A stretch of 64,000 bases of DNA from a virus (Duplodnaviria; Caudoviricetes). Within the stretch, counting starts at the first letter, position 1; every line of letters starts with the position of its first letter. Shown here piece after piece: positions 9,313-17,560 of this stretch. Below the pieces are notes generated by a model. It did not search any database. It worked only from the letters and a program-made list of their open reading frames with translations, and was not told the origin of the DNA. The position numbers and the translations under genes are program-made. Location: the IMG/VR virus record IMGVR_UViG_3300031673_000001; one strand, 5' to 3'.

Positions 9313-9392
9313 GACCCTGTAGCTCAGTCCGGATTTAGAGCATCTGATTACGAATCAGAAAGTCGGAGGTTCAAATCCTCTCAGGGTCTCCA
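9313..9392 (+). tRNA. tRNA-Arg(ACG)
   Basis: TCTGA-TT ACG AA-TCAGA; CCA. Confidence 0.93.
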
Positions 9393-9398
9393 ATCATT

Positions 9399-9473
9399 GC
9401 CCCCATAGCTCAACGGATAGAGTAAGGTGCTTCTACCGCCTCGACGTGCGTTCAACTCGTACTGGGGGTACCA
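9399..9473 (+). tRNA. tRNA-Arg(UCU)
   Basis: AGGTG-CT TCT AC-CGCCT; CCA. Confidence 0.9.
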
Positions 9474-9488
9474 AATGAAAGAAACACC

Positions 9489-9734
9489 ATGTACACAAAA
9501 AAAGATTATAGAGGTGCAATCAATTTTGGTCTAAATTTTCCTCCAGATTTTGATCTTGTTAAACATGATATAGAAAAGGATCTATATAGGGTTTATGTAT
9601 TTGATGGAGGTTGGTATGATATAAATCTACATGGATATTACGTTAGATCTTGTTTAAAATGGAAAGGAATTAAGAAATGGGATCATCATGGTCAGATGGA
9701 AAATGCCAAAGATGCCAAAAGGAAACAACCATAA
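9489..9734 (+). CDS. Hypothetical protein
   Basis: 81-aa ORF. Confidence 0.5.
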   Translation: MYTKKDYRGAINFGLNFPPDFDLVKHDIEKDLYRVYVFDGGWYDINLHGYYVRSCLKWKGIKKWDHHGQMENAKDAKRKQP

Positions 9735-9892
9735 CCACTATGAGTATGTTTAATACTGATCATTGCTGTCTTGAATGTATAGATAAAGAGAAGAAACATC
9801 CAGATTATAAATATGCTAAACAAATGGAATTATTAGCAATTGAAACTGGTAATTATAACTTTCCAGGAATTGGATTACCAGATGATTTATAA
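9677..9892 (+). CDS. Small Zn-finger-like hypothetical protein
   Basis: CQRC...CLEC; start uncertain. Confidence 0.55.
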   Translation: MGSSWSDGKCQRCQKETTITTMSMFNTDHCCLECIDKEKKHPDYKYAKQMELLAIETGNYNFPGIGLPDDL

Positions 9893-9896
9893 ATTT

Positions 9897-9973
9897 AGAG
9901 GCGTTGTCTAGCGGTCCAAGACACAAGACTTTGACTCTTGTATTCGTAGGTTCAAATCCTACCGCCTCTTCCA
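9897..9973 (+). tRNA. tRNA-Gln(UUG)
   Basis: CAAGA-CT TTG AC-TCTTG; CCA. Confidence 0.92.
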
Positions 9974-10030
9974 AACAAATGAAAGGAGAATTTATAAAGT
10001 GTGAAAACCTGTAAAGATGAATAATATTAA

Positions 10031-10114
10031 GGGGGAATAGACGAACTGGTCCAGTCAAGGGATTTAAAATCCCTGCTTAAGTGCGTCCGGGTTCAACTCC
10101 CGGTTCCCCTACCA
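10031..10114 (+). tRNA. tRNA-Leu(UAA)
   Basis: AGGGA-TT TAA AA-TCCCT; long V arm; CCA. Confidence 0.92.
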
Positions 10115-10135
10115 AAAGTGAAAGGACTATATTAA

Positions 10136-10483
10136 ATGAAAGTTTATACAGAAATTCATACACCATTCAGTTTTGGCGCAAAATATGCATATATCAAAAC
10201 TGAAATTGAAGAATATCAAAGAATTGATATTGGAAAAGGATATTTTGGAATCCTCTTTAAAAATCCTTCCAGAAAACTATGGCATATAGTGCAAGAGGAC
10301 TGTGGAGCTCTTATTGGAACTAATAAATCAAAATCTAAACTTATTAAATCTGTATTAAATGATGTTGCAAGTGGGGATACTAAATTAATGCAAGAACAAA
10401 TTGAAATCGGAAAAAAGCAAATGTCCCAAGCTCATTCTCTTGAAAGAGATGAATGGTTCAAACGTTTTCCAAAATCTAAGTAA
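10136..10483 (+). CDS. Hypothetical protein
   Basis: 115 aa, SD AAAGGA. Confidence 0.65.
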   Translation: MKVYTEIHTPFSFGAKYAYIKTEIEEYQRIDIGKGYFGILFKNPSRKLWHIVQEDCGALIGTNKSKSKLIKSVLNDVASGDTKLMQEQIEIGKKQMSQAHSLERDEWFKRFPKSK

Positions 10484-10494
10484 TACAGGAGCTT

Positions 10495-10941
10495 ATGAAT
10501 ATGATAAAAAAATTCTTTATAACAATTTCAATCATATCAGTATTAATATTGTCAATGATACCATCTGTATTCGCACAAGATCAAGAAATAACACTAGCTT
10601 GGGATGCTAATGTAGAACCTGATCTAAAACTTTATACCATCTACTACGGAACAGCTAGTGGAGACTATAGTCATGTTATTAATACAGAAACAGATACTTC
10701 TGGAAGACCTCCAGCATGCACCACTTATGATCCATTTGATGCCAACTGCTGCGAATACACAGTAAAAGGATTGAGTATAGGAACATATTATTTTGCAGCT
10801 ACAGCATCTGATCAAGATGGAAATCAAAGTGAATTTTCAATAGAATTGACTCACACATTTATAGATGATAGCACTACTGAAAAGTTACCTAAACAACTAG
10901 AACAACCATCTAAAATTCAAAGCATTCCACCAATAGAATAA
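10495..10941 (+). CDS. Secreted fibronectin type III domain protein
   Basis: Signal peptide ending VFA-Q; ITLAWDANVEPDL..YTIYYG...YYFAATASD..GNQSEFS. Confidence 0.75.
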   Translation: MNMIKKFFITISIISVLILSMIPSVFAQDQEITLAWDANVEPDLKLYTIYYGTASGDYSHVINTETDTSGRPPACTTYDPFDANCCEYTVKGLSIGTYYFAATASDQDGNQSEFSIELTHTFIDDSTTEKLPKQLEQPSKIQSIPPIE

Positions 10942-10995
10942 AACGAAAATCAGAAAAAGATTTCTATCAACCACTAACTGCAAAGGAGACAATAT

Positions 10996-11526
10996 GTGGA
11001 ACGAAACCCGAACCATACCGAAACTACAATTGGATTGTTTGGAACATGTGATAACAGTCAATGGAGACTCCCATTTATTAAAAAGTATGACGAGTTGGGA
11101 ATAGCTTGGTTCAACCCTGATGCTGGAGATAACTGGCATCCTGGATTAATTGAGCTTGAGAATTATTATCTCAATTATGCAGAGATTATATTATTTCCAA
11201 TTTTGAAAGAGTCTCTTGGTTCAGGAAGTTTAGGAGAAATTGGATTCAGTGTTCAAAATGTTATTAGAAATATTCAAAATGGAAGGCAACAAACCCTGAT
11301 TGCTCTCATCGACAATGATTGTACAGATGAAAGAAAATCAGAAGAAGAAAGAAAACGTTCTATTAAAGACAGAAAACTTGTAAAAACAAAATTCTTAAAA
11401 AACGTTTCCTGTCCTGTGATTACATTAGTCAATACATTAGATGAAATGCTGATAATGAGTCTTGAATTATATGACTTCTTTACTAAAGGTTGTCCAGTAG
11501 AAGAAACAGCACCAAGATCAGCATAA
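10996..11526 (+). CDS. Nucleoside 2-deoxyribosyltransferase-like protein
   Basis: IGLFGTC...WR..FI.......WFNP....W......E...L..A.IILF...ESLGSGSLGEIG. Confidence 0.65.
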   Translation: MERNPNHTETTIGLFGTCDNSQWRLPFIKKYDELGIAWFNPDAGDNWHPGLIELENYYLNYAEIILFPILKESLGSGSLGEIGFSVQNVIRNIQNGRQQTLIALIDNDCTDERKSEEERKRSIKDRKLVKTKFLKNVSCPVITLVNTLDEMLIMSLELYDFFTKGCPVEETAPRSA

Positions 11527-11533
11527 CATCAAT

Positions 11534-11611
11534 AGCTCTGTGGTGGAACGGTATACACGATTGATTCAAAATCAATTAGGATTAAGGGTTCAAATCCCTT
11601 CAGAGCTACCA
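11534..11611 (+). tRNA. tRNA-Leu(CAA) with shortened variable region
   Basis: ATTGA-TT CAA AA-TCAAT; V region only 7 nt (TAGGATT); CCA. Confidence 0.82.
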
Positions 11612-11620
11612 ACAGAACAA

Positions 11621-11709
11621 TGCGGGGTAGAGTAGTCCGGTCCAACTCGCTGGTCTCATAAGCCAGATCTCGAAAGAGAACGTGGGTTCAAATCCCACCC
11701 CCGCTACCA
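11621..11709 (+). tRNA. Initiator-type tRNA-Met(CAU) with long GAAA-capped variable arm
   Basis: U1-U72 mismatch, C3-G70, A11-U24; CTGGT-CT CAT AA-GCCAG; V arm TCTC-GAAA-GAGA; CCA. Confidence 0.88.
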
Positions 11710-11750
11710 TTCATATAGAGAGATCATATTAAAATGAAAGGATATTAAAA

Positions 11751-12029
11751 ATGGAAGATGTAGATGATTTAGAAGAAACTGGATATATAAAACTAAAAAA
11801 ATCAAAGAATATAATATACGCCCATTGTAGAAACTGTATTCACGACATGGAACCAGGTTATAATCCAGCAAAATGGGCTGATCTCGAAGCAATCATTGAT
11901 CTTAAAACTGGGATATTAACTCTTGGTTGTAGAAGATGTAACCTTCCTATTTTATGCGCCATGGTCCCAAGTGACATGGTAAAGCATGTAGACCATTGTG
12001 GATGCGAAATGTGTAAAACTGAACAATAG
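11751..12029 (+). CDS. Cys-rich hypothetical protein
   Basis: Three CxxC pairs. Confidence 0.65.
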   Translation: MEDVDDLEETGYIKLKKSKNIIYAHCRNCIHDMEPGYNPAKWADLEAIIDLKTGILTLGCRRCNLPILCAMVPSDMVKHVDHCGCEMCKTEQ

Positions 12030-12053
12030 ACCAAACTCATCTGGGAGCGAATC

Positions 12054-12866
12054 ATGACCAAAACATTCAAAGGTGGTGAGATACCTAAATCTCCAAGTGC
12101 TAGTGGAATTTTAATTGGAGGTAAAGTAACACTCGAAGAACATGTTTTTCTTGAAGAAGCAAAAGAACTTGGTGAAGAACTGACTCCTGATAATGTAAAA
12201 CCATATCACAAAACAAAAATAAAATATAAAGATCATAAGGAGTCAAATAAACCTGGAAGAATACTCACCAGACGTGAAATTAACAAAGAACAATGGGAGA
12301 AAATTATTATGGCACAAACAACAATTGATAGCGTAATTATTGGTGCACTATTATCAGGAAGAGAAATAGCTGGAACCGAATTAATGAATATCGTATTAGA
12401 AAAAGTTCCTGAAAAATTAAAAACAGACTATTCCTGCAGAAGCTCATACATGTTCCATAAAACCGATTTTGGCAAATTTGTTACAGATAGACAAGTAGGA
12501 AATGGAAAGATGTTTAAACTTGTAACTGCTGCACTTGATTGTACAGTAGATGAACTGCTTCCTTTCCTTTATAAAGAAAAGGTAGATGAAAGGTTAGCAA
12601 CTTTGGATAAGCATATAGCTCTCCGTCCTTTTCTGGAACAAACCAAACCAGAAAAACAGATTGAAGTTGAATCCGTAGAATTTAAACCAGATGAACCAAA
12701 AGTTGAACCAGAAATTGTCAATCTGAAAGATTTCGAAAATATCAAAAAGACAAACGAAAAGGTAAATACCGCCATTGAATCTGCCATATCAAAAGTAATA
12801 AATGAACTTGGAATCAATGTCACCGTGAATGGTAAAGTAGAGTTCGTATTCAAATGGGGAAATTAA
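12054..12866 (+). CDS. Hypothetical protein
   Basis: 270-aa ORF. Confidence 0.75.
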   Translation: MTKTFKGGEIPKSPSASGILIGGKVTLEEHVFLEEAKELGEELTPDNVKPYHKTKIKYKDHKESNKPGRILTRREINKEQWEKIIMAQTTIDSVIIGALLSGREIAGTELMNIVLEKVPEKLKTDYSCRSSYMFHKTDFGKFVTDRQVGNGKMFKLVTAALDCTVDELLPFLYKEKVDERLATLDKHIALRPFLEQTKPEKQIEVESVEFKPDEPKVEPEIVNLKDFENIKKTNEKVNTAIESAISKVINELGINVTVNGKVEFVFKWGN

Positions 12867-12869
12867 TAA

Positions 12870-12930
12870 AAAACGAAGAGATTCTCTTTCTGTAATATTA
12901 AAAAATCAGACAAGAGAATCTCTTCGTTTT
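12870..12930. terminator. Long inverted repeat, terminator-like
   Basis: AAAACGAAGAGATTCTCTT / AAGAGAATCTCTTCGTTTT, 19 bp perfect. Confidence 0.6.
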
Positions 12931-12951
12931 AAATGTGAATAAGGAATTGAA

Positions 12952-13491
12952 ATGATAATACACTCAATTAGCACACATAATATGATTACCGTTGCAACAG
13001 ATAAACGTTCAATTGCAGAATTGTCAGCGATCATTCCAATTAAAGATATACCAGGAAAAGTTTTTTATTTTCATAGAATTAAAGTTCTTCCCAAATATGA
13101 AGGAACAGGAGAAGGAAGAGAACTGATAATTGAAGTATGCAAACTTATAGATAAACAAAATGCAACAATTTATAATGAACTAAATCCTTATGGTAAAAGA
13201 GATTTGAAAGGTTTAATAAGTTTCTTTAAAGCTTCTAGATTTGAGATGTACAAAGAACCAAATATTATGATACGAAAACCAAAAGATACAACACGGGAAT
13301 ACCCATATATAATTAAAGAGAAAATAATTAAAGAAAGAAATTATAACATAAATTATGGGGATGATAGAATATGTGAATGTGGACATCCTTATCATAGACA
13401 CTTTGACCCATATGAAAATATGAATCCTTGTGGTTGTAAATATTGCAACTGTTATATATTCATAGAGAAAAAAGAGAAAGGAAAAAAATGA
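12952..13491 (+). CDS. GNAT acetyltransferase with C-terminal Cys/His-rich tail
   Basis: HRIKVLPKYEGTGEGRELI (GNAT motif A); tail CECGHPYHRH...CGCKYCNC. Confidence 0.7.
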   Translation: MIIHSISTHNMITVATDKRSIAELSAIIPIKDIPGKVFYFHRIKVLPKYEGTGEGRELIIEVCKLIDKQNATIYNELNPYGKRDLKGLISFFKASRFEMYKEPNIMIRKPKDTTREYPYIIKEKIIKERNYNINYGDDRICECGHPYHRHFDPYENMNPCGCKYCNCYIFIEKKEKGKK

Positions 13492-13838
13492 GAATAAAAC
13501 TTCCAACAAATATAACACTAACAAACTTTATATCTATACAATGGTTAAAAAATTTGAAAGATTCATCGTTTATCAAATCTATCAAAAGATTTGGTAGAAG
13601 CAATAAAGTTTCTAACTTTATTATAACAACCATTGCATCTATTATCATTCTACTATTTGCTCTTATTCCCACTTGGTTTTATTTTGGAATAAGATTTCTT
13701 ATTGAACCAGAAGGATTTTGGCAAGAATTTGCTCTTGTCACCATATGTATGATTGTAATAGGATGGTTACAAGCAATTATGCTCATTATTGCAGTAGGTT
13801 TAATTTTTCACATCATCTTAGATGATTCCCCATACTAA
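13488..13838 (+). CDS. Two-TM membrane protein
   Basis: Two hydrophobic segments; start adjusted to the ATG with SD. Confidence 0.65.
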   Translation: MRIKLPTNITLTNFISIQWLKNLKDSSFIKSIKRFGRSNKVSNFIITTIASIIILLFALIPTWFYFGIRFLIEPEGFWQEFALVTICMIVIGWLQAIMLIIAVGLIFHIILDDSPY

Positions 13839-13848
13839 AGGAGAAACA

Positions 13849-14304
13849 ATGAATACGCCCGAAACTGAAAATACAATATCATATAAAACAATGAAATTAG
13901 ACGAAATTGGCAACTCAATTTATTATAGAGTAGCTTGCCAATGTGGAAGTCAAGATTGTGATTTAGTTTTAGAATTAGAATATGATAAAGATTTTGATTC
14001 CATCAACATTAGAATGTATAAAAAATTACACGCTTCTGCACACTGGGGTGAATCCTGGGATCATTTTGACTTTATCAGAGTTCTGTGGAACAAAATCAAA
14101 ATGTGCAGTATAGTTATGACAAAAGGTTATGTTGAAATTACCGAAGAAACAATGATTCAGGGGGAAGAACATATTGACAGTTTTATTTCAGCTTTACAAC
14201 AAGGCAAGAGATTTATTGTTGGAAAGGAGAAGGAATGGCAGAAATTCCTAGAATTACAAAAACAAGAACCAAAAAACTTGTCCAATGCAGAGAAGGACAA
14301 ATAG
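13849..14304 (+). CDS. Hypothetical protein
   Basis: SD AAGGAG; CQC...C motif. Confidence 0.7.
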   Translation: MNTPETENTISYKTMKLDEIGNSIYYRVACQCGSQDCDLVLELEYDKDFDSINIRMYKKLHASAHWGESWDHFDFIRVLWNKIKMCSIVMTKGYVEITEETMIQGEEHIDSFISALQQGKRFIVGKEKEWQKFLELQKQEPKNLSNAEKDK

Positions 14305-14441
14305 TAAAATTTCCAACCGCTATGGCACAAATGGATGTTGAAGAAATTGCAACTGAATATGGATTTAGAGTTTGGTTCTTTGAACCAGGCGATATGGAAT
14401 ATAACAAACATGGACGGAATGTTGTTAAACTTATAAAATAA
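14235..14441 (+). CDS. Hypothetical protein (start uncertain)
   Basis: The stop codon abuts tRNA-Ser. Confidence 0.4.
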   Translation: MAEIPRITKTRTKKLVQCREGQIVKFPTAMAQMDVEEIATEYGFRVWFFEPGDMEYNKHGRNVVKLIK

Positions 14442-14531
14442 GGCGAGTTACCCAAGTCAGGTTTAAGGGAGCTGTTTGCTAAACAGTCGGGGATAAAACC
14501 TCCACAGGTTCGAATCCTGTACTCGCCGCCA
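14442..14531 (+). tRNA. tRNA-Ser(GCU)
   Basis: GCTGT-TT GCT AA-ACAGT; long V arm; G73; CCA. Confidence 0.92.
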
Positions 14532-14637
14532 GTCAGGGATACGTGGGAGGTCCAGTAGGACGGCACAATCAGGGGTGGGCACTTGTGCAACAGAAAGAGA
14601 AAATGAATCTATTACTAAAACATAGAGGAGAGATACA

Positions 14638-15723
14638 ATGAAAAAAAGTCTTTTACTAATTACAATTTTATTATTAACGCTGTATGGAGTTGCTCAAGCT
14701 GCCAGAGTAACTAATAATTTAGTTTTATTATATGATTTTACTGAAACAACCGGTGAAGTTATAACAGACAAAGCAACCGGAACACCAATGCTCAATTTAG
14801 ATATTACTGAACCCGCAGATGTAACATTTTTAAATCCAGGATTGAGGGTGACAGCAGCAACTATTATTAAGACAAGTGCTGCACGTACCAAATTAGGTGC
14901 TAGCGTCTTTTTCACCAATGGTATCACAATAGAGGCATGGTTAAAACCTCTTAACAATACTCAAGGTGGACCTGCACGCATCATTTCTTTTTCTTCAGAT
15001 AGTGGAAATCGTAATTTCACTCTTGGACAAGTAAATGATAAATGGGACGTAAGATTCAGAACTAGTGTCAATCCTGGTAATGGAACTGCTCCAAGCACCA
15101 CAACTCTCGCTGGTAGTATTGCTGCAACTCCTGCACTTCAGCATGTTGTCTACACTAGAGATTCAGCAGGTAATGCAAAAATTTATATTGATAAAGTTGA
15201 AGTAGCAACACAGTCTATTCCAGGAGATGGAAGCAATTGGGATATCTCGTATGGATTTGGATTGTTCAATGAGTTATCTTATCCTGCTATCCCTGATGAT
15301 GAAAGAACATGGTTGGGAGATATATTCATAGCTGCAATTTATGGTAAGAATTTGACTATAGCTGAAATAACCCAGAATTTTGATGCCGGTCCTAATGCAA
15401 CACCAGCTCCACCTGTATTACCAGTAACAAGATCTTATAAAATTACTACAACTTTATGTGATTCAACAACAAAGGTTACTAACTCAAAATTTGATCCCGG
15501 CATGACTTGGGCAACATTCATGGCACAAAATAAAGGTACAGATAACTTTGTTGATGCCCCAAATACAAATCCTGCTACTAAAGGAGAAGTAGCTGGAATG
15601 TATATGCCTGCTGATCCAACAGAAGTTGTTGCTGCAAATCTTAGATCAACAATAGTATCAGCAGATGAAACAAGAACAATTAGAATATATAAAGCTATAT
15701 GTTCTTCTGTCTTTTTAGAATGA
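14638..15723 (+). CDS. Secreted LamG/concanavalin A-like domain protein
   Basis: Signal peptide; LVLLYDF, ITIEAWLKP, HVVYTRD..G....YID, FIAAIY.K.LT..EI.QNF. Confidence 0.8.
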   Translation: MKKSLLLITILLLTLYGVAQAARVTNNLVLLYDFTETTGEVITDKATGTPMLNLDITEPADVTFLNPGLRVTAATIIKTSAARTKLGASVFFTNGITIEAWLKPLNNTQGGPARIISFSSDSGNRNFTLGQVNDKWDVRFRTSVNPGNGTAPSTTTLAGSIAATPALQHVVYTRDSAGNAKIYIDKVEVATQSIPGDGSNWDISYGFGLFNELSYPAIPDDERTWLGDIFIAAIYGKNLTIAEITQNFDAGPNATPAPPVLPVTRSYKITTTLCDSTTKVTNSKFDPGMTWATFMAQNKGTDNFVDAPNTNPATKGEVAGMYMPADPTEVVAANLRSTIVSADETRTIRIYKAICSSVFLE

Positions 15724-15730
15724 GGTATAA

Positions 15731-15982
15731 ATGGAAGAACCAACAGTCGCAAAAGCAATAATGGGAAGGAGATTCCTAGTTACAGATTCACAACTAAGTA
15801 CTCTTTTTGAATATATTAGAAGAAATGATACAAAAAGAGCATCCATATTAATTAAATCCATAAGAAAATTACAATATGTTTTTGAGTCTCAAAATATTAT
15901 TTCTGAGGATGTTGATAGAGTACAAGGAAGAGCTGGTAGTATTCTAACTGATATATTGGAGGGGTGGTCAAGTATGGTGTGA
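15731..15982 (+). CDS. Hypothetical protein; stop codon lies inside tRNA-Ser(UGA)
   Basis: 83 aa, SD GAGGT. Confidence 0.55.
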   Translation: MEEPTVAKAIMGRRFLVTDSQLSTLFEYIRRNDTKRASILIKSIRKLQYVFESQNIISEDVDRVQGRAGSILTDILEGWSSMV

Positions 15983-16046
15983 CAGCAGTCTTGAAAACTG
16001 TCGGGTGTAAAAAGCTTTGCAGGTTCGAATCCTGTCCCCTCCGCCA
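15958..16046 (+). tRNA. tRNA-Ser(UGA)
   Basis: GGAGGGG/CCCCTCC acceptor; GCAGT-CT TGA AA-ACTGT; long V arm; CCA. Confidence 0.93.
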
Positions 16047-16062
16047 ACAAAAAGGGTTTCTA

Positions 16063-16338
16063 ATGGTAAAATACAATACATCGAAATATAACATTGGTGA
16101 TCTTGTTACTATTGTAAGCACCAAAAACTCTAGTCCTAATCATTTAATGATAAATATGATTGGACATGTATATCCAATACAAGGAATTCCAGATCATACT
16201 TCTTGTATTATTAATAACTTTTACTGGTCCTCTAAGGATATTAAAAAATTTCATCCAGACAAAGAAAACAAAGAAAATATGAAACCAAAAAAATTTAATG
16301 TGAATAACTTGCTTATTGAGGAACAATATGAAAAATAA
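16063..16338 (+). CDS. Hypothetical protein (SH3-like start KYNIGDLV)
   Basis: Start moved outside the tRNA. Confidence 0.55.
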   Translation: MVKYNTSKYNIGDLVTIVSTKNSSPNHLMINMIGHVYPIQGIPDHTSCIINNFYWSSKDIKKFHPDKENKENMKPKKFNVNNLLIEEQYEK

Positions 16339-16654
16339 TTGGGATCTAGAACAAATCAGAATTCATATTCACTGGACTGATAAGTTATTAGCTTTAGGAG
16401 CTTGTGGTGGCAATTTAAGAGTTGAAATGATAAATCCTTTAAAAGGACATACAAGACAAAAATTACTCACCGCAAGAGTCAAAGTGGAAAGATTTAACAG
16501 TGGTTATAATAACATTGAATGGTACAACAATTTAACACAAAAAGAGTTTGAAGAACATCTTAAAGATACCATAGATGTAATGATAAAATCATATCATAGA
16601 GGAATGCTTTTACTAGATGAAGATTATAACTGGATTGAAAACTGGCAATTATGA
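16328..16654 (+). CDS. Hypothetical protein
   Basis: Coupled ORF; SD GAGGA. Confidence 0.6.
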   Translation: MKNNWDLEQIRIHIHWTDKLLALGACGGNLRVEMINPLKGHTRQKLLTARVKVERFNSGYNNIEWYNNLTQKEFEEHLKDTIDVMIKSYHRGMLLLDEDYNWIENWQL

Positions 16655-16938
16655 CAATCTCTGATATGGTATCAAAAGTATTTGAGAAACAATTATTACC
16701 TTGTAAAAACTGTTTCGTTCAACCAATATGTCAAACTAAAACTCCATGGAATCATAGATTTAGAATCTGTAGCAGATATATAAAATATAGACAAAATATT
16801 AATACATACAAAAATATATTAGAAACTCTTCGCACGTGTATAACACTTTTTATAATCTTCTTAATTTTTCTTTATATAATAGTAACATTTTTTATGGGTC
16901 TAATTCATCAATATCTTTTAATTTTTGAGGGCGTATAG
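16651..16938 (+). CDS. PCxxC-family small protein with C-terminal TM helix
   Basis: PCKNCFVQPIC; the TAG stop lies inside the downstream tRNA-like RNA. Confidence 0.6.
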   Translation: MTISDMVSKVFEKQLLPCKNCFVQPICQTKTPWNHRFRICSRYIKYRQNINTYKNILETLRTCITLFIIFLIFLYIIVTFFMGLIHQYLLIFEGV

Positions 16939-17011
16939 CTCAGTGGTAGAGCACCTTGGTCAATTGCTATCACCTTGGAGGTCGATGGTTCGAATCCATC
17001 TACGCCTAACA
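16929..17011 (+). tRNA. tRNA-like RNA with expanded anticodon arm and no CCA (pseudo-tRNA; Val-like body)
   Basis: Canonical acceptor GGGCGTA/TACGCCT, D arm GCTC-AGTGGTA-GAGC, AGGTC and T arm; anticodon arm about 8 nt too long; ends AACA. Confidence 0.6.
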
Positions 17012-17032
17012 TTTATAAGGAGGTACCAAATT

Positions 17033-17199
17033 ATGGGGAAGCAAAGAGAAAGTATCACATAGTAGAATTTAATGATCATTGGAAGGTTGAAAAAAGAATT
17101 ATATTTGATCTTTGGTTCTACGTTAGAGACAAAAAATTAAAAAAGATAAAGTTTAATAATTTTCAAGAAGTTGTGAAATATGTCAACAAAAGAAAATAA
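17033..17199 (+). pseudogene. Small gene with apparent frameshift at codon 2
   Basis: SD AAGGAGGT and ATG 17033 are in a frame that stops after 9 codons; the protein-like frame (EAKRKYHIVEF...) is -1 across a GGGG run. Confidence 0.4.
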
Positions 17200-17207
17200 T
17201 CTAAGAT

Positions 17208-17296
17208 GGGGGGTGTTCCTGTTGCTGGGCTGTAAACTCAGTGTCATAAAACATATAGGAGGGTGACGAGAGGTTCAATTCCTTCGCCCCCCACCA
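17208..17296 (+). tRNA. Atypical tRNA-Tyr(GUA)-like RNA lacking a conventional D arm
   Basis: GGGGGGT/GCCCCCC acceptor; CTGGG-CT GTA AA-CTCAG; T arm TTCAATT; A73-CCA; only 10 nt between acceptor and anticodon stems. Confidence 0.75.
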
Positions 17297-17317
17297 TTTG
17301 AGAAGGAATTCTAATGT

Positions 17318-17560
17318 ATGAAAAACCCATGTGACATATGCATTTGTAAGGTAATATGTACTGAAATATGTCCAGAAAAAGAAAACTATCTAACATTAAT
17401 TAAAAATGCTATTATCCAAAATTCTTATTCAAAAAGAGGAATTCGAATACCAAAAAATGATAATTTTAGAAAATATCTTGAAATGCAACAACAACATTTC
17501 AAAGATACAGCGAAAATCAATGTGAGAAATTATAAGAAGAGGGGAGGAATGATTTCATGA
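17318..17560 (+). CDS. PCxxC-family small protein
   Basis: NPCDICICKVICTEICP. Confidence 0.65.
   Translation: MKNPCDICICKVICTEICPEKENYLTLIKNAIIQNSYSKRGIRIPKNDNFRKYLEMQQQHFKDTAKINVRNYKKRGGMIS

Noticed and set aside
14603-14641. 12-codon uORF coupled (ATGA) to the LamG gene
   Set aside because: Weak SD, no UAG or stall motif and no SD-sequestering hairpin; likely chance in AT-rich DNA.
16929-17011. Group I or archaeal BHB intron in the odd tRNA
   Set aside because: The excess is only about 8 nt, and no clear bulge-helix-bulge is present.
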